This document shows, in pieces, positions 34,852 to 48,304 of a stretch of 64,000 nt of DNA. This DNA is from Octopus sinensis (lineage: Eukaryota), in contig NC_043002.1 of the NCBI RefSeq assembly GCF_006345805.1, forward strand, positions 110,794,001 through 110,858,000. Direction: 5' to 3'. The notes below the pieces were generated by a model. The model worked only from the letters and a program-made list of their open reading frames with translations. It searched no databases and had not been told where the DNA came from. Position 1 is the first letter of the stretch. Every line of letters begins with the position of its first letter. A program made the translations under genes and the position numbers.

Positions 34852-36696
34852 CTTGATATCTTCTAGACCTTTGTTTACTGTTTAACTGTCTTTTTTCATT
34901 CTACGATGAGGTGTATTGATGTTTCAACCTTCAAATATTTGTCATCATTTACATTATCTAGGGATGATGGATGGGGGGGGGGCAGAATCATTAGAACATT
35001 GGACTTAATGTCTTTCAGTATTTAGTTTTGTCCCCTTACAATAGGAGTTCAAATTCTATTGGGGGTCAATATTACCTTTCATCTTTGTAGGGTTTGAAAA
35101 AATGAGTACCAGTCGTGTAGAGTCAAGTAACTATTACCCTCTCCTCTACTAATTTATGACCATGTATCAGTTTAAGACATCATCATTTACATTATCTAAT
35201 ATTATCTAATATTTTCATGAAAGTTCACAGGATGATGTCATGGTATGTGTTAAACTAAAGTTTCACTCTTACTTTGAAACAAAATTAGCTGATCAAATGA
35301 GCCAGTAAAAGAATGACACTTATTTCTGCAAAGGTTACATTTATAAAATAAACACCATTTTACCCTCTTTTTTTTTTTTTTATCAATCCTTTTATATTTA
35401 GAAATGTGTTATTGATATATTTTCACTTACTATGATAATTTTATCATACATTCTATGGAGAGAAAGCAATTTATTCCTTCCATAAAAGTTAACAAACTAG
35501 CAAGCTTCATTTAACTTCCATAACTTTATTCATGACATATCAAATTATATCTTCCTCTTTAAATTTTTGGTATTTCTGAAAATCCAGTTCATTTTATTAC
35601 TGCATTATTGTGCTATAACAACTCATCTAGATGACTGCTGAAGCCACAGAATTACACTGAAACCAAAAAGTGAAAGATTTTTATGAAAGACCTCATAACA
35701 TCTCAGTGAACTACATCTGTTAAATTTCTGAGATATATTTTTATGCACATTTTTACAAACATCTTCTACTTGCCTGGCCAAAGTTGCTCTGTCCCTCCTG
35801 CAGTCGTCTCACTACATGAGGCATTACCACAAACTTCCTATTTAGTTTATACCAGACAAAATGTGATCATTTATTACAGCAATTACATTAGCTTCCTACA
35901 ATCAAAGAAACATTTAACTCCATTTCCAAGCTTCCATTTCTGTGATTGGTTTACACATCCTTAATAAAAAAAAAATTTAATGTTTGACAAAATTTGTTAA
36001 ATTAAGAGATTATTTTGGATTTCCTATTTCTGTCAACATATAACGATAATGATTCAAATTTTCTTATTTCAAATTTATAAAATAAAAATGTTGTGCACCA
36101 TTTGCTATTTTTGTAAAATCCTGCACCTTTTCTTATGACTTTTCCTGTGAAAATGTTCCTCTCTTTGTTATTCATTTGCAAAAATCTCATGACTTTAACA
36201 TGATTCTCTTTAGCATTTCTTTTTTTTTTTTTTAATTGATTTCCACAGAATTTTTTTCCAAACCTCTTTTTAACGATGACGCAATTAAGTCATATAAGTC
36301 TTAGTCTCTGGCACCCTATCCCAAAGTTATTAATATATTTTACCACTTTTATTTTTGTTCTTACCAGTGTTCCAAATGATAAGTGAGTGTTGTATATCTT
36401 ACAAGCTTATGGATTGGAGATACTGTCATGGCACCCCAGTTGTTTAGCTTAGTTACGAGAAGAAAGGACTGGGAATAGTTAATTCATTTAGGCCATTCTT
36501 GTTTGATGAACAGTTACATCATGTTGAATAAAAGCCAGTCTAAATCTGTTTTCTTCATCTCTTTGTAGAAATATCTGCTAGCAAGATATTGAATTGACAA
36601 GCAATGGTTCACTATATCAACACTTATCTTGTATATTTTCCTTAAATCCATTTGATGTACATGAATGTTATGGTATTAGTTTCCATAATATGTATA

Positions 36697-36871
36697 GGCA
36701 TGGCTGTGTGGTAAGAAGTTTGCTTTGCAACCACATGATTCTGGGCTCAGTCTCACCACATGGCACCTTGGGCAGGTGTTTTCTGCTATAGCCTCAGGCC
36801 AACCAAAGCCTTGTGAGTGAATTTGGTAAACAGAAACTGAAAGAAGCCCGTCGTATGTGTGTGTGTGTGTG

Positions 36872-36909
<38 letters not shown>

Positions 36910-37127
36910 GTTTGTGTCTTTATATCCATGTTTGTCACCTTGACAAGTGGTGTTGGTGTGTTTATGTCCCTGTAACTTAGCGGTTCAGCAAAAAAGGACC
37001 GATAGAATAAGTACCAGGCTTTAAAAAAATAAGTACTGGGGTCAAGTCATTCAACTAAAAATTCTTCAAGGCAATGCCCCAGCATGGCCACAGTCTAATG
37101 ACTGAAACAAGTAAAGTAAAGGTAAAG
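36697..37127 (+). mobile_element. SINE family A, older/diverged
   Basis: Same head, body and tail with more substitutions. Confidence 0.8.
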
Positions 37128-37174
37128 GATATATACACACATATATATATTATATATTATATATATATTATTAT

Positions 37175-37210
<36 letters not shown>

Positions 37211-37516
37211 AACATAGATGATCGTGCCAACATGTACAGACTGTGCCTACTACCTAGTCTTCAATAATTATCATTAACTCATCATCATCAGTTTTGTAAC
37301 TTCGTTAGGGTACCGATAATCCATTCTACCTTGTGTTTTCTATGGAGAAGACTTGTACCAAACATTCTTATTTCCAACGTATGGGAATTTTTTTTTTTTT
37401 TTTGTAGTGGTTGGTGTGTATTGTTCTGAGAATGCATACACTCTCTAGAATCACTCTCATTTTGGAGTTTACATATGAAGGGTTTGCTTAGAAGTTCTTC
37501 GACTTTATTATTAAAA

Positions 37517-37914
37517 CTAGCAGTATCGCCCGGCATTGCTCGGGTTTGTAAGGGAAATAACTATATAAGCATTTTTAGAGATGTAAAGTATAATAGCCAT
37601 CTCAATATGGCTAACCACAAAGGCTGGGGGTGTTACTGTAGCTTTTTACGTTCTGAGTTTTAATAATAATTTTTTAGAGAGTTACTTCCCTTATATATGC
37701 CAAAAATGCATTAAAAATGGGAAAAATTGATAGTAAATTCTTTTTGAAATCTTAGACTCATCGTAGACGCGCGCTAATACCCAGAAGGGCTCGATATGAA
37801 TCACAACTATAAGATACCCGGTTTTGGTTAAACTGCACCGCAAAATGTGGGAGTAGTTAGGAATCTAAATCGTAGGAGACAGACAGCACATAACCTCTCT
37901 TTTATATATAAAGA
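37517..37914 (-). mobile_element. Non-autonomous Helitron (same family as 52312-52708)
   Basis: Reverse-complement match with the same termini and AT target. Confidence 0.85.
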
Positions 37915-38141
37915 TTACAAGAAAATGACCAAGACACTTGTAAGCCAAACCAAATATTTTAGTGTGTCTTCCTTCAGTTTTAAACTAGGATTTGCTTTAT
38001 TCTTAATTCTCTGTGGTGGAGAAAATTATAAAATATGTATTACTAGTAAGGCATTGATATTGATTTAATTTCCTTTAGAAAAGAGATTTTCACCTTGTAA
38101 AATTAAGAAAATCTTTCACCACCATAATAATCTTGCTCTTT

Positions 38142-38176
<35 letters not shown>

Positions 38177-38182
38177 TATTAT

Positions 38183-38619
38183 TAGGGTGGTGAGCTGGCA
38201 GAATTGTTGGCACACTGGGCAAAGGGCTTAGTAGCATTCCAGCTGTTTTTACATTCAGTGTTCAAATTCCACCAAGGTCAACTTTGCCTTTTATCCTTTC
38301 AGGGTTAGTTAAATAAGAACCCATTAAACACTGGGTTTGATGTAATCGACTAGCACCCTCCCACAAAATTTCAAGCCTTGTATCTGTAAAGGATTATGAT
38401 TATTATTATTATTATTGATGTCATACTCAGTATTTCTTCTGATTCTTTATATTCTGAGTTAAAGTACTTTTGAGGTCAATTTTGCTTTCTACCCTTTCTG
38501 GGTTGATAAAATAAAATGCCAGTCAAGTATTAGGGTCAATATAATTGAATTACCCCCGCCTCTCAAAACTGCTGACCTTGTGCCAAAATTAGAGAAAGAA
38601 TAATTATTATTATTATTAA

Positions 38620-38653
<34 letters not shown>

Positions 38654-39143
38654 ATTATTATTATTATTATTATTATTATTAAGCTGGTGAGCTGACAGAA
38701 ATGTTAGCACGCTGGGTAAAATGCTTAGTGGCATTTCATCTGTCTTTACATTCTGAGTTCAAATTCCGCCAAGGTTGATTTTTTGCCTTTCATCCTTTCA
38801 GGGTTGATAAAATAAGTACCAGTTGAGTATTGGGGTTGATGTAACCAACTGACCCCTTCCCTAAAAAATTCATGCGCCTTGTGCCTATTGTAGAAAAGAT
38901 TATTATTATTGCTGTCATTATATGAGAGTGGCAGATTATATCAGAATCCTTACAGCACCAAACAAAACCCCTTGTATCTGTTCCAGCTCCAAATTCAATT
39001 CTTGCCTAGGTCATCTTTGTCTTTCATCCTTTTAGGGGTTAACAAAATAAAGTATCTGTCAAGTATTGGCATTGATTTAATTGACTATTCTCCACTTTCA
39101 AAATTTCACCTCATATACCTATATTAGAAACTTTTTTTATCAC

Positions 39144-39183
<40 letters not shown>

Positions 39184-39345
39184 TTCCGTCTTTACATTCT
39201 GAGTTCAAATTCTGCTGGGATCAACTTTACCTTTCATCCTTTCAGGGTCGATAAAATAAGTACCAGTTATGCACTGGGGTCAATGTATTTGACTTATCCC
39301 CTCCCACTAAATTCTGGGCCTTGTGCCTATAGTAGACAGGATTAT
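38183..39345 (+). mobile_element. Cluster of four diverged family B-like SINEs separated by (TTA)n tracts
   Basis: Repeated ttcaaattcc...ctttcatcctttcagggt.gataaaataagtacc modules at about 38185, 38680, 38925 and 39185. Confidence 0.7.
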
Positions 39346-39928
39346 TTTTATCATTTTACTATGTTACCCTTCTTCACCAGTACACAGAGTCATTTGCCAC
39401 TTTAAATTGTTAGTCATTTTTCTCAAATGAGATTTCTCTTTTTCTAAATTCTATTATACTCTACTATTCAATACAAAATTAATTTTATATTTTTTAATCT
39501 ATGGGTTTATATTTTTATCACTGTTTGAAATATGTTATCTTCATATTATGAAGCTATAAATTAGGCAAAATGGCACACATTCTTTGAGATTTACTTCACG
39601 TTTGGGAATCTTAAAGTGTTTTAATTATTAACTTCGTTTAATCATTCTCTTTACAATATTTTAGTTTGGCCTTTCCTTTGATCTTCTTCAGGTAGCACCC
39701 ATGCGTGCATGCATGTGTAAGTGTGTAATAGTGTCTGTTGTCTTGCAATGTGGCTTGATGTTAGGGCTTTCGCTTTCTTTGAAGAGGTGTGAGTCATAAC
39801 ATCTGTTCATGTTGTTAGAAGACAAAATGCATTTAGTATTCTTGCTCTGTTGCAATATAGATTTCTTTATTCTTATGGATTAATATGATCACCTGATCAA
39901 AGTTTACTCTATCTATCCATCCATCCAA

Positions 39929-39964
<36 letters not shown>

Positions 39965-40419
39965 ATATCTCTATCTCTCCCACACAAACAGTACAGAGAG
40001 TAAGTGTTTAAAGCCTCAGTCAGAAATGAATACAAGTCATATGTACTGCATACATTGAGATCAAACATTGTAGAACTCAAAATTTTTTATGACTACAGAT
40101 AAAATATATAAGCAGTACAGATATAGACTTCATAATAAAGGCGCTAAGTTCATTCAAATCCAAAGAATAATGAATATGTGTAGATATAGGAAATATTTTA
40201 AAGATGATTGAATAAAATGTAAAAATACCAGAAACATAATAAATGTGAAGCAAAATTTCCTTTTTAAATCCATTGCAACCCAATCATTTAGACTGTTTTG
40301 TGTTTGATGTAATCTGGAATTAAAACTACTCAAGTTTTTATGAAAATCTTTATAACTTACAGGTTGTGAAAAGAACCTTTCAAAGCAAACCCTTTCTATG
40401 TATGACCGTCTGTCCCCCA

Positions 40420-40456
<37 letters not shown>

Positions 40457-42639
40457 AAGTACACATGCATACACACACATATGGCTGACAAACAAAAACA
40501 TTCAAAGTTGTTGAAAATCCAATTCCAAGGTTGTGACTTTTAAATGAAAGCAGTTAATTTTTGCTTTGTTTTTTTTTTTATATTTTTAAGGAATATTTTC
40601 AATATTGATAAACTTCCAAAGTGTTTGTATGTGTTATTAGTTTTTTTTTTTTTTTTTTTTTTCCCACACTATGTAAATTGTGAAGAAAGCCAAGTTGCAT
40701 AATGATTTTAGTAATATCAAGCAATGTATTCTGTTTAGTTAAGAGCAGATAAAGGGAGATCATTCTATTTATCAGATTCCTGAAAATAAAAATGTGATAA
40801 CTAGAATCTCTGATTGTTGTTGGTGTTTGAACCTGAAATATACTGCCAATAATTATATACATAATTCTTTGAATTATAACCCAGAGTAACAGAAGTAGAA
40901 CCAACACAACAATAGCCGGTATTTCTTTATGATGCTAAGTCCCCACCCTTGGCAAACAATTTATTTGGGGGTCTCTTCTCTAAAGATATTTTTAAAGAGC
41001 TATCTCAATTTTGAAGCAGTTATAGTAAAAACACAAATATTTGTAACAGAACAAAACCTCATTTATTTCATTTTGGCTTCTAATTCCTCAGATTTATTTC
41101 CTAGCTAAATTTGTCATGCTTATTTAAATCCACATTTTGGCTATGTTTGTCAATATTTTCTATCTCAGCAAATGCTGGTTCAAGAACAGTTTTTCTGTAA
41201 ACAACTCTTATTATGCCAATCTTCTAATAACCAATCAAAATCAATGGTCTATGTGTATAAACACACACGCGCACACACGTACTCACACACACGCACTCAC
41301 ACACATACACACTCACACACACATAATTTGACTGCCATAAAACCGAATACTGCAAATATGTATTTCTGCCAACATTTTCGTGTTTATATTTCTTCAAGAG
41401 TTTTTATGATATTTTTAGTTAATAACCATGTCAACTCATATATAAATTTACAGCTTTTTCAATATTAACTCTGGGGGATGTGGTATGGTGTGGGGGGGGG
41501 GAGTTGAGAAGTGAGTTGGTAGAAATGGTAGCGCTGAACAGCATTTAAAATTTCATTTGTTTTTTTTCTCTCCAAGTTCAAATACTACTGTAGTTTGATC
41601 TTTTTTTTTTTTTCATTTTAAAAAAAGGTATTTGGATTTAATAAAATAAGTACAGTGATATTGCTTGATCCAGTTGATTAGATCTTTCTACAGAAATTGG
41701 CCTTGCACCTAGCGAAAAGAAATCAGTAGTGTTTGTATTTATTGTTTATATATATAGCGTAGCCTCTCCACAATTATTTTGGACGTCTACCTGCCTATCC
41801 ATCTATCTCTGTGTTTAATTGCAAGTCTTCCAATAAGAATTATTGGTCACCTTATGTAAAACTTTTCTGAATATAGAAATAACTACGGAGCCAATTATTT
41901 TAGTTGAGCTTACCTGTTACCACTCAGATTTTGCTAGCCTTCTCTCTCTCTCCTTCTCTCTCATATATATACATATATACACATATATATATATGCTGTT
42001 TTAAACTGAACCACTGAGAAAACTTCAGTCCTGTTTTTTTTTTTCTCTTATTTCTTTTTTTCAAAATTTATCGTAGAGCAAACTTGCTCTCTCTGTCCTT
42101 CACTACATTCAAAGATTTCTTCATTTCAAACATCTCCTATCTCGGGGTAAACTATGTGTACAATCATTTGATATCATGAAAATTCAAGCAGACCTAACCA
42201 AAAAAAAAAAAAAAGGGTAACATTGTGTAACAGTCACCATGGTCTGATAAACTTCAAAGCACCTTCAAGAACATTCTTGTAGGAGCAATAACAAAAACAA
42301 AAGCAAAAAAACTTTGATGAATAAAAAATCAATTGAATTTTAATTGCATATGTTGTTTTATTTGTTGTGAAATTATTAATGGTTTAATGTGGTGGATTGG
42401 CAGAATTATTTGAATGTTGGCAAATATACCTTGTGATATTTAGTTACAACCCTTTATGGGCTGAGTTCAAACCACCACCTTTCATCCTTCTAGAGTCTGT
42501 AAAATAAGGGCAATTTGATCAACTAATCTCACCTGCCAAATTTGCAATCTTGTAACCATATTAGAAATGATCGTTAATGAAATGTCTTTATTCCACCCCT
42601 TAGTCATTTAAGGCTGCATTATCCAATGTATTCTTGTTT

Positions 42640-43900
42640 TTCAGGCAATAGTGTGCAATTTGAAGATTTGACTGTTATTGGGTATAAGTAGGGGTTCACC
42701 AAGGATCAGTGCTCAGCCTCCTCTTGTTCATTATAATCCTCCAGATAATAACAGAGGAATTCAAGATAGGCTGCCCCTGGGAGCTCCTCTATGCTGGTGA
42801 CAGTGCTCTTACAGCTGAATCTCTACCAGAACTAGACAAGTTCCAGGTATGGAAGCAAGATCTAGAATTGAAGGGCCTTAGAGTTAACCTAGCAAAAATC
42901 AAAGTCTTAGTAAGTAGGAAGGCAGACAAATCACAGACCCCTTCGGGTAAATGACCCAGCTCGATCTGTAGAAAAGTGCGTAGGTAGAAACTCCATAAGA
43001 TGTACTCAGTGTAAGCTCTGGACACATAAAAGGTACAGCAATATCAGAGAAAGGTTAACGAGAAAACTAGCTTTTGTATGTGAAAGTTACAATAAGTGCT
43101 GAAAATGTGCATAAAATAGACTCCAGGGGGAAAGCTAGGGGTAGTAGATATTGTCTGTTATCTAGATGACCAAGTTAGTAGTGGAGTGGGGTGCTCCGAG
43201 AGCATAGCTATGAGAATAAGATTAGGCTGGGCAAACTTTAGAGAGCTTCTACCTCTGCTAGCAACAAAGTGCCTCTCTCTCAGAGTGAAAGGTAGATTGT
43301 ATGATGCCTGTGTATGAGCAGGTGTGCTACATGGCAGTGAAACATGGGTTGTGACAGCCAAGGACATGCATAGGCTTGAAAGAAATGAAGCCAGTATGCT
43401 TTGCTGGATGTGCAATGCCAGTGTGCATGTTTGACAGAGTGTAAGCATCTTGAGAGAAAAGTTAGGCACAAGAGGAATCAGAGATGGTGTGCAAGAGAGA
43501 CAACTGCACTGGTATGGTCATGTGATGTTTATGGATGAGGGCAGCTGTGTAAAGAAATGCTAATCTTTAACCTGTGGTAGAGTTAGACCCAGGAAGACAT
43601 GGGATGAAATGGTGAAGCATGATCTTCAAACTTTGAGCTTCACAGAGGCAATGACTAATAGCTGAAACCTTTGGTGATAAGAAGACCCATCAAGCCAAGT
43701 GAAATCGTAGTCATGTCTGATTTTGGTGTCACGTAACTGGCACCCATGCTGGTAGCACATAAAGGGCACCGTTGGAACATTGGGCCTCACGGAGGCAAAG
43801 TAGTCAAGTTCTTTTCAAGCATTAGGCCTCACAGAAGCAAAGTGGCTGAATTCCTTTCGAGTGTTGGGCCTCATGGAGGCAAAGTAGCCTCTGTTTTGGC
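42640..43900 (+). mobile_element. Decayed RTE-clade LINE RT fragment
   Basis: GVHQGSVLS.LLF, ELLYAGD.ALTAE and LHGSETW remnants; homologous to 50220-51250. Confidence 0.85.
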
Positions 43901-44572
43901 ATGATTTTTACAGTTGGGTGCCCTTCCAAACACCAACCACTCTTTTGGAAGAGCAGTGAAGGAAGTGGCCTTGTGTCAGCTGATGAAAGATTAGAGTATG
44001 ACAGAGGGATTGAGACAGGTGTCTTGCTGTAGAAGAGATACATGGTTAGCCAGTCGGAGGGAGAGAGAGGAAGAGGGCAAGAATGCAAGAGAGTTTGGGA
44101 GAGAGATATGGTGTTGGAGTGCCAGGGTATACCCTCAAGCATGGAAATCAGAATATAAATGGGATGGCAGAGTAAGCTGGATGGTGGGGAGGTGGTAGGG
44201 CATACCCTCAAGGTGTGGGGATCAGAATATAAATGGGATGGTAGACTATTGCAAAGGGTGCATGAGTAGGGAGTAGGGACTTCACATGAATGCAAAGAAT
44301 GTGGGGATGGGAAATGCAGTGACCAGGGGAGGGGGGACATGGGTATATAGAGGAGGTGGAGGATGACAGGATAACATTGATATAGGGAGCAGGGCAGTGA
44401 GGTCAGGACTGAGAGGTGAGAGATAAGCATGAAGAAAAGAAATGTACTTAGGTTTGATTGGATAGGGTGTGTGAATTTTTTTCTATACACACACACACAC
44501 ACACACACAGATATGTATGTATTTATCCTTATGAATATATGTAGTAATATGTATCTATGTATATATATCAAT

Positions 44573-44879
44573 GTGATCACCGTGACCGACCAGGCCATCA
44601 GATGTTGTTACACATCGCTGGTCACAATGCGCTTCGCATTGTTTTAGCCTACAAATGACGCCACCCCACTGGCTAAGCGAGCAGGCCAACAGAAGAAAGA
44701 GTGAGAGAAAGTTGTGGTGAAAGAGTACAGCAGGGATCGCCACCACCCCCTGCTGGAGCCTCGTGGAGTTTTAGGTGTTTTCGCTCAATAAACACTCACA
44801 ACGCCCGGTCGGGGAATCGAAACCGCAATCCTACGACCGTGAGTCCGCTACCCTAACCACTAGGCCATTGCGCCTCCAC
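44573..44879 (-). mobile_element. SINE family C (tail type 2)
   Basis: Family C head and body, but the 3' part is ggcctgctcgcttagccagc...ggtcggtcacggtgatcac. Confidence 0.88.
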
Positions 44880-45154
44880 ATGTATATATATATGTATGTA
44901 TATATGCATGTATGTTTGCATGTGTGTGTGTGTACGTATGTATGTGTGAGAGAGAGAGACAATCAGACACAGAGAGAGGGGGGCCTAATTGTGTTTATCT
45001 GCACCACTATCTCCATATCAGCTCACCTGGATGTCTCTTATAGCCACTCTTGGCATTGTGGACCTAATCCTGGATGGAGAATATGGAGTTTGAGCACTAC
45101 TATGTGTTTTCTATACTAGGCATATCTACATTTCACTAATTGTCTGTATATCAT

Positions 45155-46260
45155 CACCATCACCATCACCATCATCATCAGTCAACATCCATTCTCCATG
45201 CTGGCATGAGTTGGATAGTTTGTCAGGAACTGGCAATGCCATGGCCTGCACCAAGCTTCATTTTCTGTTCTGGCATGGTTTCTATGGCTGGATGACCTTC
45301 CTAACCTTACATAGTGTACAGAGAAATCTTACAGGGTGTACTGGGTGCTTTTTATGTGATCCCAGCACCAGTGCTTTTAACATGTCACCAGCACTAGTGC
45401 TTTTTGTGAGGCACCAGCACCAATGTGGTAGATGGGTCTTCTTGAGAAAAGAAATGCACCAGATATCTCAGTCTTTTGTCATCTCCATTTCAGGGCTCAG
45501 TGTCTCAAGATTGGCCTTCAGTACCTTGTCCCAAGTCTTCCTGAATCTGCCTTTTCCACAAGTTCCATCCACTTTAAGTGATCAGTATTTCTATATGCAA
45601 CTGTCTACATCCATATGCATCACATGACCATACCAGTGCATTCTTTTCTATTGCACACATCTAATTCCTCTTATGTATAACTTTTCTCTCAGTACACTAG
45701 CACTCTATCCAATATATACACTGACATTGCACATCCAGTGGAGCATACTAGCTTCATTCCTCTCTAGTCTTCATATGCCTTCTGCATTCAGGGCCCACAT
45801 TACACTACCATTGCTGTTCATATATATGCCTCATACAATATTCCTTTCACTATAACAGAGAGACTTTTGGTTGCCAACAGGTAAAAGCTCTCTGAATTTT
45901 TTTTATCCTATTCTTATTCTAGCAATTACATTTTCCATGCATCCTTTCCCACAGCTAATTGGGTAGCAGAAATTATCCACTACCTCTAAAAAGCCTTCAG
46001 GGCATTTGATAAAATCGATTTCCTGAGTATTTGTAGTTTTTATGACTCCTGTGCATCTTCTACATGCAAATACTACCTTCTCAGATAACCTTCCAACTAT
46101 CCCATTGCACTGGATACTCCACATGGAATTCCTGTCTACACCTTTCCTACATATTGAGCAGGGCTGTTTACCTGATGAGGGAAGGGTGCTCTCTGTTTTC
46201 TTGCTTACTAGAACCTTTCATAGGTCCTCTTTTAGGAGGAGCAACATTATGTCCCTAGCC
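45155..46260 (-). mobile_element. Decayed RTE-clade LINE 3' fragment
   Basis: (GAT)n-type tail near 45160 plus RT C-terminal remnants on the minus strand. Confidence 0.75.
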
Positions 46261-47129
46261 ACTTACATATAGTGTTTAAAACAGAAAGGGACACCATACA
46301 TAAATGGAGGCTCCTAGAACTGGGGCTATACCTCAATGAGAGCAAAAGATGTAAGCTTTGATTGACTAAAAGAACAGGAATCTTAAAACAATCATTTGAT
46401 CTGGGGACCTTTTCAAACTGCAAAAGAGAGATGTTTAGTCAGTGCCCTCATTAGAGGAAATTCATATTGAAAATATGAAATTTCCCACTTGCTGACTAGG
46501 GAAATGCGGCCAACTTCAGCTAGTCTGTCATGGACATAACTGGAACCAATCTAAAGGGAATAACTTTGCCTCACCCAAGGTTTTTCCCAGCAGAGTTTCA
46601 ATCAAAACCTTTTTAGTTTACAAAATTAACTGTATTATCCCTCCCTGCAGCTGTAAGGAGGTTATGCACCTCCAGAAAACGAGTGACAAGTTGCCTATAC
46701 AGCTAAGTACTTTACAGGTACAAAACCAATGGTCACTCTCTGACCGACCATAACAAGCAATCTTCTAAATATGTATATGTATATATGTGTGTGTATGTGA
46801 GTGCATATGCGTAAATATGTATGTATTTATACACATACATGTGTATATGTACATATATATAATAATATAAATAATATATATATATATATATATAATTTCA
46901 ACAATTGAGGGTAAAATTAATTAATTATTAATCAATTTCACCAAGTATTCAGTATGCAAAGGGACCATTTAAGGCGAATTCAAATTATTACATTATATAA
47001 AAGGGCTTAGTAAAATAAATTACTTTGCCGCATACTGAACTCATTAGAAATAGCAGCTAAAAAAACTTTTTTAAAACTATTTCTAATGAGTTCAGTATGC
47101 GGCAAAGTGATTTATTTTACTAAGCCTTT

Positions 47130-47168
<39 letters not shown>

Positions 47169-47171
<3 letters not shown>

Positions 47172-47940
47172 TCATCATCGTTTAACGTCCTTCTCCATGC
47201 TAGCATGGGTTGGACGGTTCGACCGGGTTTCTGGAAGCCAGAAGGCTGCACCAGGCTCCAGTCTAATTTGGCAATGTTTCTACAGCTGGATGCCCTTCCT
47301 AACGCCAACCACTCGTGAGTGTAGTGGGTGCTTTTTACGTGCCACCTGCACAGGTGCCAGGCGGGGCTGGCAACGGCCACGGTCAGATTGGTGTATTTTA
47401 TGTGCCACCGGCACGGAGCCAGTCGAGGCGGTGCTGGCATCGGCCACGAGTCGGATAGTGCTTTTTACGTACCACCAGACCAGGGATCCTGCTGGTTCAA
47501 TTCGATTTCGATTTCGCTTGCCCCAACATGTCTTCACAGCAAAGGGGGTTGGCAAGGGTGCCTGTCGTACGGTCGCATTGGAGTATTTTACGTGCCACGG
47601 CCACGAGTCGGATAGTGCTTTTTACGTACCACCAGACCAGGGATCCTGGCTGGTTCATTCGATTTCGATTTCGCTTGCCCCAACATGTCTTCACAAGCAA
47701 AGGGGGTTGGCATGGGTGCCTGTCGTACGGTCGCATTGGAGTATTTTACGTGCCACGCCCCGAGTCGGATAGTGCTTTGCGTACCACCAGCCAGGGATCC
47801 TGGCTGGTTCAATTCGGTTTCGATTTCGCTTGCCCCAACATGTCTTCGCAAGCATGGGGGGTTGGGATGGGTGTCTGTCGTCGGATGAGTTCTATATCGA
47901 CTTCGCTTGCCTCACCGGTCTTTGTGTCCAAGGGAGGAAA
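47169..47940 (-). mobile_element. RTE 3' UTR/tail with an internal 157-bp tandem triplication
   Basis: Tail at 47169-47340; units start at 47442, 47599 and about 47757. Confidence 0.8.
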
Positions 47941-47944
47941 GGCA

Positions 47945-47997
<53 letters not shown>

Positions 47998-48000
47998 GCA

Positions 48001-48304
48001 TGGAGGCGCAATGGCCCAGTGGTTAAGGCAGCGGACTCGCAGTCGTAGGATCGCGGTTTCAATTCCCAGACCGGGCGTTGTGAGTGTTTATTGAGCGAAA
48101 ACACCTAAAAGTTCCACGAGGCTCCGGCAGGGGGTGGTGATTCCTGCTGTACTCTTTCACCACAACTTTCTCCCACTCTTTCTTCTCTTGGCCTGCTTGC
48201 TTAGCCAGCGGGGTGGCATCATTCAAAGGCTAAAAAACAATGCGAACGCATTGTGACCAGCGATGTGTAAAAACATCTGATGGTCTGGTCGGTCACGTGA
48301 TCAC
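48001..48304 (+). mobile_element. SINE family C (tail type 2)
   Basis: Match to 44573-44879. Confidence 0.88.

Noticed and set aside
39400-42400. AT-rich, repeat-poor stretch as a 3' UTR or second gene
   Set aside because: No coding exon or diagnostic signal; strand and identity cannot be determined from sequence alone.
43822-44598. 258-aa minus-strand ORF
   Set aside because: Runs across a SINE edge, microsatellite and purine-rich repeat; low complexity with no domain.
47197-48094. Overlapping ORFs up to 191 aa
   Set aside because: Products of GC-rich tandem modules in an RTE 3' UTR.
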